DNA of 64,000 bases. It comes from Lytechinus pictus (lineage: Eukaryota). Each line of letters begins with the position of its first letter. The stretch's first letter is position 1. Position numbers and translations under genes: made by a program. Positions 26,393 to 39,915 of this stretch are shown here, piece after piece. Location: NCBI RefSeq assembly GCF_037042905.1, contig NC_087251.1:43836001-43900000 (forward strand), in the 5' to 3' direction. The notes beneath the pieces are model-generated. The model made no database searches, was not told the origin of the DNA, and saw only the letters and a list, made by a program, of their open reading frames with translations.

Positions 26393-26520
26393 GCATATAG
26401 CATTCCATTTATTTGAAAGCAGGATCGAGCATTGTAGATTAAATGCCTTGCTCACGGGCATAGGTGCCGCGGCCGGGGATCGAACCCCGGACTTTCCAAG
26501 TATAGCCAGGCGCCTTAGAC
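26393..26520 (-). mobile_element. tRNA-derived SINE, B-box and core half (A-box half at 32231-32260)
   Basis: Rejoined sequence: TGGCCGAGTGG-TCTAAGGCGCC...GGTTCGATCCC...TGCCCGTGAGCAAGGCATTTAATC. Confidence 0.8.
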
Positions 26521-27283
26521 GGTTTACTGACGGTTAGTCTAACATCACTTGGTCTAATCATCAGATGGGCTAACAACATTCGGGCTAAACCCAATTAGTC
26601 CAATTCTCTTTTGGTCTAATGACCACTTGGTCTAATAGCCAATTGGTCTAATGACCACGTGGTCTAATAGCCAATTGGTCTAATGCTCAGTTCGGCTAAT
26701 CCTCACTTGGTTCATTACTCAGTTGGTCTAGTGTGCAGTTGGTCTAATGTGCAGTTGGTCCAATGTGTAGTTGGTCTAATTTCCATTTCGGCTAATTTCC
26801 ACTTGGTCTAATTTCCACTTCGGCTAATTTCCAGATAGTCTAACATTCATTTCGTCTACATGCCACTTGGTCTAATATGTAAAGTTTGGTGACTTTTTTC
26901 GAATTTTTGGTGAAATTAATTTTGTTAAGTTTGAAGCCGCGCGCCGGCTTCAAATCTTCACACGCGCCCCTTGATATTGGAGAACAGTTAGAGTGACGTA
27001 CGGTAAATTTCCACCCTCAAATTTTGAAAATTTGGGGATTTTCAAAAGCCTTTGGGGAAAAAAAATATATATTTGGGAATTAAACGAATTTTGGGGATAT
27101 TTTGTCTATTCAAGGGGACTTATGAAGGTTTTGGTGAAAAATAATAACGTTTGCTATTTTCTGTAAAATAACGCTGATAAACGATCATAGAGGTGAAAAA
27201 AATAAGATTTTTATTTATCCACATCTATGTAGGCCTATAGTATACAATCTACTGTAGATAGTTAATGGCTTGCTTAACCAAAT

Positions 27284-27749
27284 CAGGGTTCCCAGTTTTT
27301 CAAAAAAACAAAATCCCTGATTTTTCTCTGATGAAGTTTAAAAATTCCCTGATTATCATTTAAACCCATTCCCAGTTTCTCATGTTTTCTAAGTCGTTGC
27401 AGTGAATTACTTGTATTATTAATTTTTTATATACATGCATGTAGGCCTATTATTATTTTTAATTATGTACCAGTAGGCCTACTTGTACTGAAGTAAAAGA
27501 GGCTACACTAAAAAAAAACCACCATAAAATGTAATTCAATGAATGTTGTTTTAATATACAACAAAATATAACAGTTTCTGGCTGACTATCGTGCTTTCGA
27601 CTTTTGGGCCGATCAAGATTTTCTGGTTTTTCCCTCATTTAAGGCATTTTCCCCTGATTTGAGGTAATTCCCTGATTTTTCCCTGACTGAAAAAATAAAA
27701 TAAAATATCCCTTATTTCCTTGATTTTACCTGATGGGCTGGGAACCCTG
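27284..27749. mobile_element. MITE with TIR CAGGGTTCCCAG and subterminal TTCCCTGA repeats
   Basis: Perfect 12-bp TIR; TSD not clean. Confidence 0.75.
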
Positions 27750-28229
27750 CCAATCCATTTTAAGGAGGAGGCGAAGAAGTAAAACAAAAAACAGAATGAG
27801 AAGATATATAAGATTAATGACTACTGTGGTGATAACTGATGAAGTTCTGCAAGCGTAGATATAGGCCTACTATGTTATTACACGTCAGAATGAGTCATGG
27901 CTGCTACCAAGATGGTCTCAGTGATGTTGTCGCAGCTAACCCAATAAACCTGTATAGTGTTATCAAACTGTATCTAACTGGTCTGGTATTTGCCTCCAAA
28001 CTTACTATTGAAATAACTAAACAAAATATTAATAACAAAATTACATGATGTAATGGCTTTGTAACTTTTGGAATCCCCCAAACTGCATAACTATTGCTTT
28101 TTTTTCCATCAAGTTCAAATATTGTCCGTAATGGTGCATAACAATGATTTAAAAGAGGCATAAACATGTTTTTGCAAGGAGGCGAATGCCAGAATTCCCA
28201 GTGTATTAGATTATGCACTTGTTGAAAAT

Positions 28230-31200
28230 GGTGCTTTTGATGATATATTATACTTCTATGTTGATGACCTCAATATATTTTCTGATCATTGTCCCATTAG
28301 TTATCTCGAATGTCATCCACACTTGAACAGCAAAGACCGTGTGAAATAGAAAAACAAGTTTTGAACCCCCATCCTAAAGCTTATATATGGGAACCGCATA
28401 TAAGTGATGCAACCTTTGCTAAAACGCTACAAACACCTACGATATTGACCATAATAAAATAAATAAAGGAAAAGGTATATTGTATAGATGACATTGGTAT
28501 TGAAAACGCAGTTAATGATGTAACAAACTGTATCTTAACTATCGCAGATAAAGCGAAAATAAAAGTAAAAATACCTCGGGTAAAAAGCACAAAGAAAAAG
28601 AACAGAAAGAAAATGTTTAAAGCGCAATGCCTTGCTCTTCGGCGTCGCGTAAAACTATTGTGTAGACAAGTGTGTAACAATCCATTTGATAGAGGCCTCA
28701 GGCAACAATATTACACCATGAAGAAAAGGTTGAAAAGAAGATTAAAAGAAATTGTACGTAATAAGAGAAATCATATAATTGACAAGCTAGACAATCTTCA
28801 AAGTGAGAACCCTAAACTTTATTGGGATCTGATTAACGACCTATATAGAAAAACTGCACACTGATAGAAAAAGTCCAGTAAATAAACATACAACCAAAAC
28901 GGTGGTTTGAGTATTTTAAAGAACTCATGAATCACAAACCCCTACTTTCAAAAGATCAAAATGAAATTAAGAATCATGTAAATAACCCAAAACTGCAGGA
29001 CACGTTTTCATCTCTTGATTTTAAGATCACTCCCAATGAAGTGTTAGAGTGTATTCAAACTTTGAAGAGAAAGAAAGCCCCAGGTAATGATGCTATTTTG
29101 AACGAAATGTTGAAAGCTGGAAAATTTATGTTGTCACCAGTTTTGTCAAAGGTATTTAATTTAATCCTTATCAGTGGTCATTTTCCCGATAATTGGTCAG
29201 TAAGCCTCATAAAGCCTCTTTACAAAAGTGGGTCAGTTTGCGATCCCTCAAATTATCGAGGGATATCCCTCTCAAGTTGTCTTGGAAAGGTTTTTTGCTC
29301 AGTTCTAAACCGTCGCTTGGTATCATTTCTAGAAGAATATAGTCTCAATACAGCCAATCAGATTGCTTTTAGAGCAGGTTATAGAACGTCAGACCACATG
29401 TTCGTTCTAAAAACTATTCTTGATAAATATATAAGATGTAAAATAAATGATAACTATAATAAATTATATGTATGCTTTGTAGACTTAAGAAGGGCTTTTG
29501 ACAACGTTTGGAGGGATGGTCTCTGGTACAAACTACTAGAACATGGAATTGGTGGAAATTTCTTAAGAGTCATCCGTGACATGTATTCAAAATGTAATGT
29601 ATCGATCAAATTAGACGTATAGGTGTTACCCCATATTTTCATACTAATATTGGAGTAAAACAGGGTTGCGTAATTAGTCCAACTTTATTTAATTTATTTG
29701 GAAATGACATAACTAATATATTTGATACATCAGAAAGCGATCCAGTAACACTTTTTGATAAAGAACTAAATTGTATAATGTATGCTGATGATCTTGTTAT
29801 TGTGTCGAAATCCCCTAAAGGTATGCAACACTGTTTAGATAAATTCACCGCATACTGCAAATCCTGGATGTTAAACATAAATGTATCTAAGACTAAGATT
29901 ATGGTGTGCTCAAAATCAGGGAGATCGAACGAAGGGGTTTCATTTGAAATTAATGGAGAAACACTATGCACTGTTAGGGAAATGAAATATCTTGGTATTG
30001 TTTTCGCAAATAATGGATCACTTAAAGTGGCCGCAAGGGATTTAGCTGATAAAGCGAAAAGAGCATTGTTCAAATTGTACAAATCTTTTGGTTCTTATAC
30101 TCTTAGCACTAAAACCTTGTTGCATCTTTTCGATGCAACGATACAACCGATATTACTTTATGGATCTGAAATTTGGGGTACTAATGTTATAGACATGGAA
30201 AAAAATCTACAATTAATGGATGGGAAAACATGGCTATATTTTAAACACGAATCTGAAAAGGTGCACATTCAATTTTGTAAATATATTCTTGGGGTAAACC
30301 GCAAATGCAGTAATTTAGCAGCGACAGCTGAAATCGGTAGATATCCAAAAGTCATCCAAATTGCCATAAATATACTGAAATATTGGATTCGAATACGCAA
30401 TATGGACGAAGATAGTTTGGTTTACAAAGCTTTTGTAGAAAATGTAAGTCTATTGAATAACGGAAACAATTGCTGGCTTAAGACAATTCAGGATATTTTT
30501 AACATACTTGATATTTGTCGGAAAAATGACACCCCCATACTTGATCCAGAAAATATACCAATTTCCCAAAAAGAATTTATTACAATATGCAAAACATCAT
30601 TGGAAAGAAGATTTGACGAACAATTTGAATTGGATTTATTTAACGACAGGGACACTAGGGAAGGAAATAAACTAAGAACTTTTAGGCAATTCAAATTCAA
30701 TATAAGACAAGAAAATTATTTATATTCAATACACAATGTCAATTTGAGAAAAAATATAACCAAGCTCCGACTGAGCGCTCATAATCTACCAATAGAAACA
30801 GGAAGGTACAAAAGACCGGAGAAGATACCACCTAACCTGAGATTTTGTGAAGATTGTTATTTGAATTTTGTCGGGGATGAGTTCCACATTATAATGAAAT
30901 GTAACAAATATAAAGATTTGCGTAAAGATTTTTTTGAAAAGATAATTACCTTCAATATTAGGTTTACTGAAATGGAGTGCCAGGAAAAATTTATCTACAT
31001 CATGAAATTGGAAACTGAAGCCTTGATTAAATTGTTTTGTTCTTTTATCCAAAACATAATTGCTATTAGGGGTGATTTCTAAGTACTAAAAATATCAACC
31101 GGTAAACACTTTGAAGTAATATATTCGCAATATTTTTACACAATGAATTTACATGTAATGCTATCTTCTCATTCTTCCTCTCTTTCCCGCTCTCTCCATT

Positions 31201-31521
31201 TTCGAACTTCTTCCCTCTTTATTTCCCTTTCCTCTCTCACTTTCTTTATGTTTTCTTTATCTTTTCTTGGATATCAGTCTCTATATTCATTGTCAAAATA
31301 TCTATCCGAATGATTCCTATGTTTATTGTGTATATTTGTATATAATTTACAAGTTGTTTCTTTTTTATTTATTTTTTTATTTTTGACGAAATACTATTTT
31401 GTTTTTGTTTATTTGCTTATATTCCTTGCATTGTATATTTGTCTTGTATCATTTTGTACTTCGTGTTATGAACAAAATACTGGCAATTGCCAGTGAAGTT
31501 CTAATAAATTCAATTCAATTC
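28230..31521 (+). mobile_element. 5'-truncated RTE-X/CR1-group-like LINE with a disrupted pol ORF
   Basis: Endonuclease end (FSDHCPI ~28280), NYRGISL, DLRRAFD, QGCVISP, YADD, EIGRYP, RLSAHNLPIETGRY..C..C...GDEFH...C. Breaks near 28865 and 29625. Ends with AATAAA and a (TTCAA)n tail. Confidence 0.88.
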
Positions 31522-32804
31522 ATGTTAACCAGATTCGTATCCACACAATTACATTTTCGTTCCTTTCTTCATGATGTTATTCTTATGAAACCCTGCAATT
31601 CGACCATTATAAGCTACAAGGTCCCCAACTTATTGTTCTCTAAATGTACATGCAATGATGTTATGATAAGTATGATATAGTTTTCATCATCATCTATATA
31701 ATCGATATATAGGCCTAATTATAAGAATTATATTTCACGGTGAGGTTTTGCGCCCAGCAGCCCTACCCCAGCTCTACCCCTCCGGATCCTGGCGACATGT
31801 ACTAACCGATGCATGGTATTTATCCATTACGTACCATATTTGTTAATTCTAGATCAAATAAATAATGAATTATGTTATATTAGAATAAAGGGGCATAAGA
31901 CCAAGTGTGAATTAGACCAAGTGACGATTAGCCCAACTGAGCATTAGACCAATTGGCGATTAGGCCAAGTGGTCATTAGACCATTTGGCTATTAGACCAA
32001 GTGGTCATTAGACCAAGTGGGAATTAGACGAATTTGATATTAGACCAAGTAAGAATTAGCCCAACTGGTTATTAGCCAAATTGAAATTAGACGAACTGGA
32101 TATTAGACCAAGTGGGAATTAGACGAATTGGATATTAGCCGAACTGGTTGTAGACGAAATGAGTTTAGACTATGTGAAGTTGGACGAACTGATTACTAGT
32201 AGTAGACCAAGTGGTATCCGATAATTCACCCCTTAGACCACTCGGCCAGTGGGCCAGCCACGGCAATATACCAGAGTCTATTGATTTTTTTTTTTTTTGA
32301 ATAATATTTTATTTTCTTCCTCTTTCAAATCAATAAGTTGACAATCACAATTCATATAAATAAATATTCTTTGCATCTATACAATCAATAAACAATCAAA
32401 CAAATAAATATATCAATATCAATGAGATTACAAATATTTTTAAAAATTATTACAAATGAAATTAAACTGCCAAATTTCTCTTCTATGACAATGTGAAACA
32501 TTTTTTTTTTCCCCAAAAAGTACATAATATAGCATAAAATTATTTCAATATTTTTTATTTCAAAATTATGTCAAATCAAATAAACTACTTTTTTCATGAA
32601 ACTCTATGCTCCTTTAAGAGGAAGATTAAATATATATAATCTTTCACTCACCCACGCACCCTCACACACACACACGCACACAAAAACCCTCACGCACACA
32701 CATCATACAACAGGTAGCACATCCGTTCTGGTCTGTCGATCTGTAACTTTGTATCATTGAGAAAAAAAAATAATAAAATAAAATAGAATACGATAAATGA
32801 TAAG

Positions 32805-35800
32805 TCAAAGAAATGCACCAATTTGTTCCCATTTTCTTAAGTGTACTCCCAAATTCCCTGTTTTCTTGGCTATATTATATTCTTCTTTTCTGTAACCTTT
32901 AATCATATCTGTTGTTTTTTGTACGGACGGTGGTTCGCCCTTTTCTCTGGAAATAAAAATTATATGTTTTAGCAGAAAGATTATACAGTTTATTGCATGT
33001 ATTCTCACACATTTACCAGATAGACCGATGAAAATTGTTTTCCAATCATCAATCCTAACTTCCTTTAAATGAAGCTTTTTTATGACCTCCTTCCATAACT
33101 GTTTAACCTTTAAACAATCTAAAAATAAATGTTGGTATGTTTCTACCTGTTGTTTACAAAAAGAACAAAAATTGTCTGACTCAAAACCAAATTGGAAGAG
33201 CTTTTCTTTTGTATACACTACCCCATGTAATAGTTTGTACTGAAACTCCCTTTGTTTACTACATATAAAAGCATTCTTCAATCTTGTAAAGGTTTCTTTC
33301 AACTCCCCTATTCCAAGATCATATTCACAATGTCCATCATAAACCTTTAGAGTGTACTCTTTTTGAAATTGCTCAATAAAGTAATTATATATATATCTGG
33401 CTTTTAAATCCATAAATTTATGGAGGTAACCAAAGATCTTCAGTTCTATTTGAAAATTTTCACTATCTATAACTATAAAATCACTTTGTATCCATTCTTT
33501 TTTAATCACAGAAAAAATTCTTTGAATCATCAGCAGATTATCAGCAGTGTAACCCCGGTTATGGAAATATGAGACTGGTCTTAGTTGACCTCCTACAATA
33601 ATATCTGATGCTTGAAATATACCTTTCCGAAAGAGTTCAACATCAAAAAACTGTTTATTATGAAGACATATAAATCTGTTGTTAAAAATCACAGGATTGA
33701 TCTTGTTTTCCTCAAAGTTTCTACATTGATCCAAATCTTGCCATGCTTTCAACATATCTTTATAAAATATTGGTATACCTTGTAAGTCCATTTTATTTGC
33801 ATCATAATTACAAAGAAATATACTCCGGCCTCCCAATGATCTAAAAAGTAGTCAAAGGTTACTTTCCAACCTAAATATTTCTCACCGTACAGCAGCCTTT
33901 TAATCCACATAATTCTCTGAGTTTTAATGAAAACTTCAAAATTAGTTACTTTGAGTCCCCCTGCACAATAATCTTGATATAGAATTTTCCGTTTTATTCT
34001 GTCATTTCCACCCCAAATGAAATTAAAAGAAATCTTTTCAATTTCTTTAAAGATATTTTGAGGAACTGAAATAAGAGAAGAAACATAATTTAATTTTGAA
34101 AATACATGCATTTTTAACAATCTAATTTTACCAAACATTGTCAGATCTCGTTGCATCCACCATCCAATTAATCTTTTGATTTTACTCAAAATTTCTTTAT
34201 AATTTAGGTCATCTTTTATTTTGGAGTCTCGTGAAAAATATACCCCTAAAATTTGTATATATTGCATTCTATGTCCAAACAGAGGTAAAACCGGCCTATC
34301 ACATTCTTCCCCCAACCACATAAAATTTGTCTTATCCATGTTTATTTTCAAACCACTCAATTTCTCAAACTCTCCGAAGACTTTCTTCACCCTATTAACT
34401 GAGTACGTGTCTTTTAGAAACAATGTACAATCATCTGCGTACAATACTTGTTTTATTTTTCTTTCACCAAACCCAATCCCTTCAATACCCGGATCATTTC
34501 GAATAGAATTAGCAAGTAATTCAATAGCTATAATAAATAAATAAGGAGAGAGGGGATCCCCTTGTCTTACTCCTCTTTTAACCTCAAAATATCCAGTTGA
34601 GTGTCCCCCATTCATCACACAGCTACTAACGTCATTATAAAGAATTCTAACCCAAGAGCACAATACTTTACCAAAACCAAAAGATTCCAATGCTTTAAAT
34701 AGAAGTCTATGTGATATACAATCAAATGCTTTTTCGAAATCTACAGCAATTACAAAACCTACTGGCTGATATAAGGATTGAAAGAATACATCGTCTATTA
34801 ACCTCACTGCCTCTCCAATATTCCTATCTTTAACATACCCTACTTGGTCATAATGAATAATGTCCCCTAGTACCTCTTTTACCCTTTTAGCTAAAACTTT
34901 TGACAATATTTTGTAGTCTACATTAAGAAGTGTTATTGGTCTGTAGTTTTTCATATACAAATGATCTTTTCCATCCTTTTCAATTAGGGTAATTACTCCC
35001 TGTCTCTGCGAGTTTGATAACATTTCTGTATCAAAACTTTCATTAAATGCTTCAACAATAAATTTCCCTAAAATTGGCCAAAACGTAAAATAGAATTCAG
35101 CTGTAAAACCATCATTACCTGGTGACTTATTCCATTTCATTTCCTTTACCGCTTGATAGCATTCTTCAAATGATATTGGCCCTTCACAAAAATCCTTATT
35201 TTCTTCACTCAACTTGGGCAATTCATTAAAAAACATATTGTCAATATCTTCTGCACTATCACTATTTTTGTATTCATATAAATGCGCATAAAACTTGTGG
35301 TTAAAATTTCTTTGCTATCACACAAAATTTCCCCGTTTTCACTGTATATCTCCTTAATCACGCTTTTCCTTTTATTTGATTTCAATAATTGTTCAAAAAA
35401 AGCTGAATTCCTTTCACCTTCTTCGGACCATTCCACCCTCGACCTCACCTTTAATCCTTGACGAGAGTAATCGAAGAGCTGCTCTAATTCACTTTTTTTC
35501 GATTCGATTTCATCTTGAATTCCATTATGAAAATTAGTAACCAAATGATGTTCTAAATCTTTAATATCCTTTTCTAATTTTTCAACCTTTGTTTTTCTAA
35601 TTGCTGCTTTTTTACGAGAGAATTTCATAATATATTCTTTAAGTTTCATTTTCATAAAATCCCAAAATTTAATTTTACTATTTATTTGGTCTCGCCAGGT
35701 TCCCTCTATTTCAGAAACCTCCATTTTTATCCCTTCTACAAATTCTTTCTCATTACATAAGCTGCTATTGAACTTCCAATATGATTTCCCATAAATAAAA

Positions 35801-36543
35801 CTCTCAACCAAGTTGCTAAATTCTACACAGACCCCAGCGTGATCAGGTGTAATAGAGGGTAAGATGTCAGATTTTTTTACAAGCTTCTCTAATTTCGAAG
35901 AGATGAAAATGTAATCTAATCTACTCTGAACAAATGGCTGTTTCTGTCTAAAAGTAAATTCTTTTTTATTTGGATGACGCTTACGCCAAACATCAATCAA
36001 ATCTAGCTTATCAAGAAAATCACCTAATAAATCTTTGTATTTATTTTTTGAAACATTTCTCGCACCCATGTAATCTAAGTCATGGTCTATAGTTAAATTG
36101 AAATCTCCCCCAATTATCAGAGAGCATTTTTCACTAAATACAGATGAAATTATTTTGTCCAAATCAGAAAGAAAATCACATTGGGCCTTTCCTTTATCTC
36201 CTGTTGGAAAATATACACTTCCTAGTATCAACTTTTCACTTTGACATTTACCTTTTATTATAATATATCTTCCGCCTTTATCTATTAAAACTTTTTCTAT
36301 CACAAAATCAACATTTGATTTAAACATGAGAATAGTTCCCCTACTGTGATTACTCCCGTGACTAAAATACATCTCCCCTTCCCAATCAGCCTTCCAACTA
36401 TTTTCAATATCTTGTGTGCTAAATGTTTCCTGTAAAAATACTACATTTCCTGACCTTTTGCACCATTGAAAAATTTTCTTTCTTTTTACTTTATCTCTTA
36501 GCCCTCTTACATTGACTGTGAGTATTTTTAAATTACCCCTCAT
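32805..36543 (-). pseudogene. L1/Tx1 ORF2 (APE endonuclease + reverse transcriptase), frameshifted near 35295 and 33840
   Basis: ILTVNVRGL, LQET, GGDFN, SRLDY, PDH; SPGNDG, NYRPITLLN, DFEKAFD, QGDPLSP, YADD; CSFC..HLFLDC; terminal LRKW. Confidence 0.93.
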
Positions 36544-39500
36544 GGTGAAGAGTTGCCACAGTGATAGGACACGAAATGGTGCATTCCCTACTTCAGAAAT
36601 AAGAGCTTTTAAGTAAAGTAGAAAATAATACAAGTACAGACAGACACAGAAACTTCCAATTACACACATAGCACCCCACTCATTCACATCCACACCAGAA
36701 CTGGAAAACATACCACCCAACGTATCACTCCACTTCATCCCAACAAACATAACACATACACTTCTGCAAACATACTCAAACACACGCCCATAGACTATCC
36801 CTTGCACACACAAACACCCCGACACTCTCACAAACACCCCAACACACCCACACCAGCATGATTGACATATACTTTAGCATCATCCTATAGACCCGCAGTT
36901 CCGCCCCCCCCCCCCTTTATAGAGCAGCCATTTGTATGCTGTCCATATTAACATTAACTCCCTTGTCTACATAAAATATCTACCTATATAACGCTGAGAA
37001 AAGAAAAAAAATAAAAATAAAAGAGTCCGAAAGAATAACCTGATTCTGTGTTTTAGCCCTTGTCCCATATCAAAGCTAGACTTAAACGCTTAGACCTTCC
37101 ATAACATTTGGAGTGAACACATGTAAGAGTGAACCCAAATAAACCTACATAATAGGATATCATTCACTTGAAACGTATAGCATACTTAAAGATACCAATC
37201 AAAATGAATACAGGACATCCAAGAGGGTTCTTATTGTAAAAGGTATTCTCTGACTGCACCGATAAAGGATACAGTTGATACTATGTTCCAACCTGTCCAA
37301 ACTATTCCTATTCTTCTACATCCTAATAGAAAAGCAAATGGCAAAAACTCTTCCGGATACACAAAAATTCCCAATAACAATAACACCGTTCCAATGAACA
37401 TATACAGCAGGACTTGTATACCTGCATTGGCATATTTGTTATTCTTCTGTAAACCAATACCAATACCTACTACCATGTGTCCTCTATTTATGATAAGCAT
37501 GATAAGTGATACAATGAATGAAAGAAAAAAAAAAAAAACACCTTTCAATCAATTCAAATCAAATGACAATACCAACAACAAAGTCATGATTATCCTCAAG
37601 AATGTATACGGGAATCTTTCAGACTCGTTCTGTGATGTAGCCATGCATGTTCCACCCACTAGACCCATTACATTATGAATGCATGCACGGAACAAACATT
37701 TACCCCACACAATAAACGTCATTCAAAATCGCTCTGTCCCCCAGTTCATCAGAATAAATGACAAAACTCTTCAAAATACTTGAGATCCCATATAAAATAG
37801 CGCCGTTCTAATCAGAACAATCAGAAACAAATGAGAGCAAATTTCTTGCCACTCGAATAGCTGGTTACTTTCAATAACATAAATGGAGCTATTCAAATTG
37901 CCTATGCTAATTTGTTTAGAGCCATTGTAACACAGATATCCAAATAATGTACTCTGCCAATTAAAGCTATACCTGCCTGAAGCAAAATCCTTCCACTCCT
38001 TCATTATTTTGTTTCATTGAATATGTAGATCAATAACCCCTAAAGAAATTTCAAAGACTCTAATTGTTGGAAGTGTCATTCCATGTGACTATTATCATTC
38101 AAAAATTCCTGGGATGGGCGATAGAAAAAAGACTTAATGCATAATCACCAGCAAAAGGATCTTGCTTTCAACTCAGGGTCATACAGACGAATGAATTAAT
38201 ACAAAATTGCAAATGCACACAGAGCTATTCATCCTGTCTACCTTCATTAGCAGTATTTATTCTTTTATAAACCGATTTAAGGTTATGCATTTAAATTAGA
38301 CTGTGCATTCCATTACTTTTTTCCTTTCTTCCCACTTTTTTTGGCTAAAAGTGGTATAGTGAATGAGCCAAGAAAACCCTTCCTACCTTGCAAATTCAAG
38401 CTCAAAATTAATTAATTGCAAGTTAGGTAATATTTGTGTACCTTATTGTTTCAACACACCAAAGATTAATGCATTAACTCTCTCAAAAATATGTAAAAAA
38501 TTAAAGAATTTAAAGAATGTTATTTAACATCTTTTTGCCAGTCCCTCTCTCTCCCTCCGCCTCTCGCTTACAATAATGACGATACCAATGTACTATCGGA
38601 ATGCGCTATTTTTTTTTATCCAATTAACATCATAACTATTGAAGGAAGATTTACCTTTTTTGTCTTCCTTTTTTTCAGACAGTTACTCCTCCTATCCGCT
38701 ATACAAAGCGAAGAGATTGACATAACCAGATACATGTAGCTTTAGATATTGGCATCAGACCTACAACATTTAACTAGCATTCCTGTCATTATTAGAGGCA
38801 GTCCCCCAGAGCGTATAGAGAGGGAGAGAGAGAGATAGAAAGAGATCATAAAATAAAAATGCATATTGTAAATACATACAATGTATACGCATATCCACTT
38901 ATTTATATTGGATAAAAAAGTATCTCTTCAAATCCATAGTTATTTTGCAATGGAAATCCATACTTATTTTACAAAGTAGCTCCACAGCACTTTAATTCAC
39001 TGCTGTTTAAAAAAAAAAAAAAAAAACTGCAACTTAAAATGCCATTTCCTTTTTCCTACCTTTCTCTTGGTTTGAACTTAAAGTTTTGTTATTACTTATT
39101 CCCACAAATATAAAAGAGAAATGGTGAAAAAAAAAAAAATAATAAATAAATAAAAAAAATAAAAAAAAATAAATAGAAGAGGCTTTCTTTAGTAGGCCTA
39201 TATTTTTGAATATTTACTTGGTACATATAAGAAGGCCTAAGAATAGCCTGCACAAGCAATCAGAGCCACTTTAGGCTCTAATAAATATTTATTTAAAGAA
39301 AGAAAAAAATATATATGTATACAGGTCTATGTTACTTTTACACAAAATAAAGGGTGATTATTCCATGAACGTCTTCTAGTTTCTTCATTCTAGTTTCTTC
39401 TCGTTGCATAATATCTTTGATAATAAAAAAATATCAGCTCTCTAGCTTTTCACTTTTGAACATTGCATCTCCTTTCCTTCCTTGCGTCAAAAAAAAATTA

Positions 39501-39915
39501 GTTTTTTAAGTATTAAACTCATTCTCCATCACGCAGTGTTCTCAGTTGATAAGAGTACGCAATATCTTTTTTCACACCACGCTTTAGTTATTGCTGTTAT
39601 ATTTTCCTGTCTTCTTTGTCCTGCATTTCTCTTCCTTTTTGGTTTGAATATGAATATTCTTCAATCATCCTCATTGCATCTTTCAGAAATAATATACAAT
39701 TTTGCTTTTAGTTGACTCGCATTTTGTTGTGAAATATTCATCAAACCAAATTCTTATCACAGTTAAACAGTTTAAATGGTGTTTAGAAGGGTCTCACTTT
39801 GTGAAAACCTCTTTAACTCCGTAGTCTAGAAAAGTAAATGCTTAGTGTAAGCGAATGTAAACATAACTGATACTTATCCAAGCTTTTCTCCTTGTATTCT
39901 CATAGCGCCAGTTGC

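Larger units (their letters stand above)
26521..32230. mobile_element. Foldback-type DNA element with minisatellite inverted arms and 8-bp TSD
   Basis: (TTGGTCTAAT..)n at 26530-26880 mirrored as (ATTAGACCAA..)n at 31897-32215. Termini GGT...ACC. CCTTAGAC at 26513-26520 and 32231-32238. Confidence 0.85.

Noticed and set aside
26530..26880. Regularly spaced short repeats resembling a CRISPR array
   Set aside because: The period is ~20 bp with no unique spacers, the array is mirrored at 31.9-32.2 kb, the context is eukaryotic and there are no cas genes.
36544..36837. N-terminal extension as the true ORF2 start
   Set aside because: GT-rich low-complexity sequence. The endonuclease motif begins at MRGNLKILTVNVRGL (36543).
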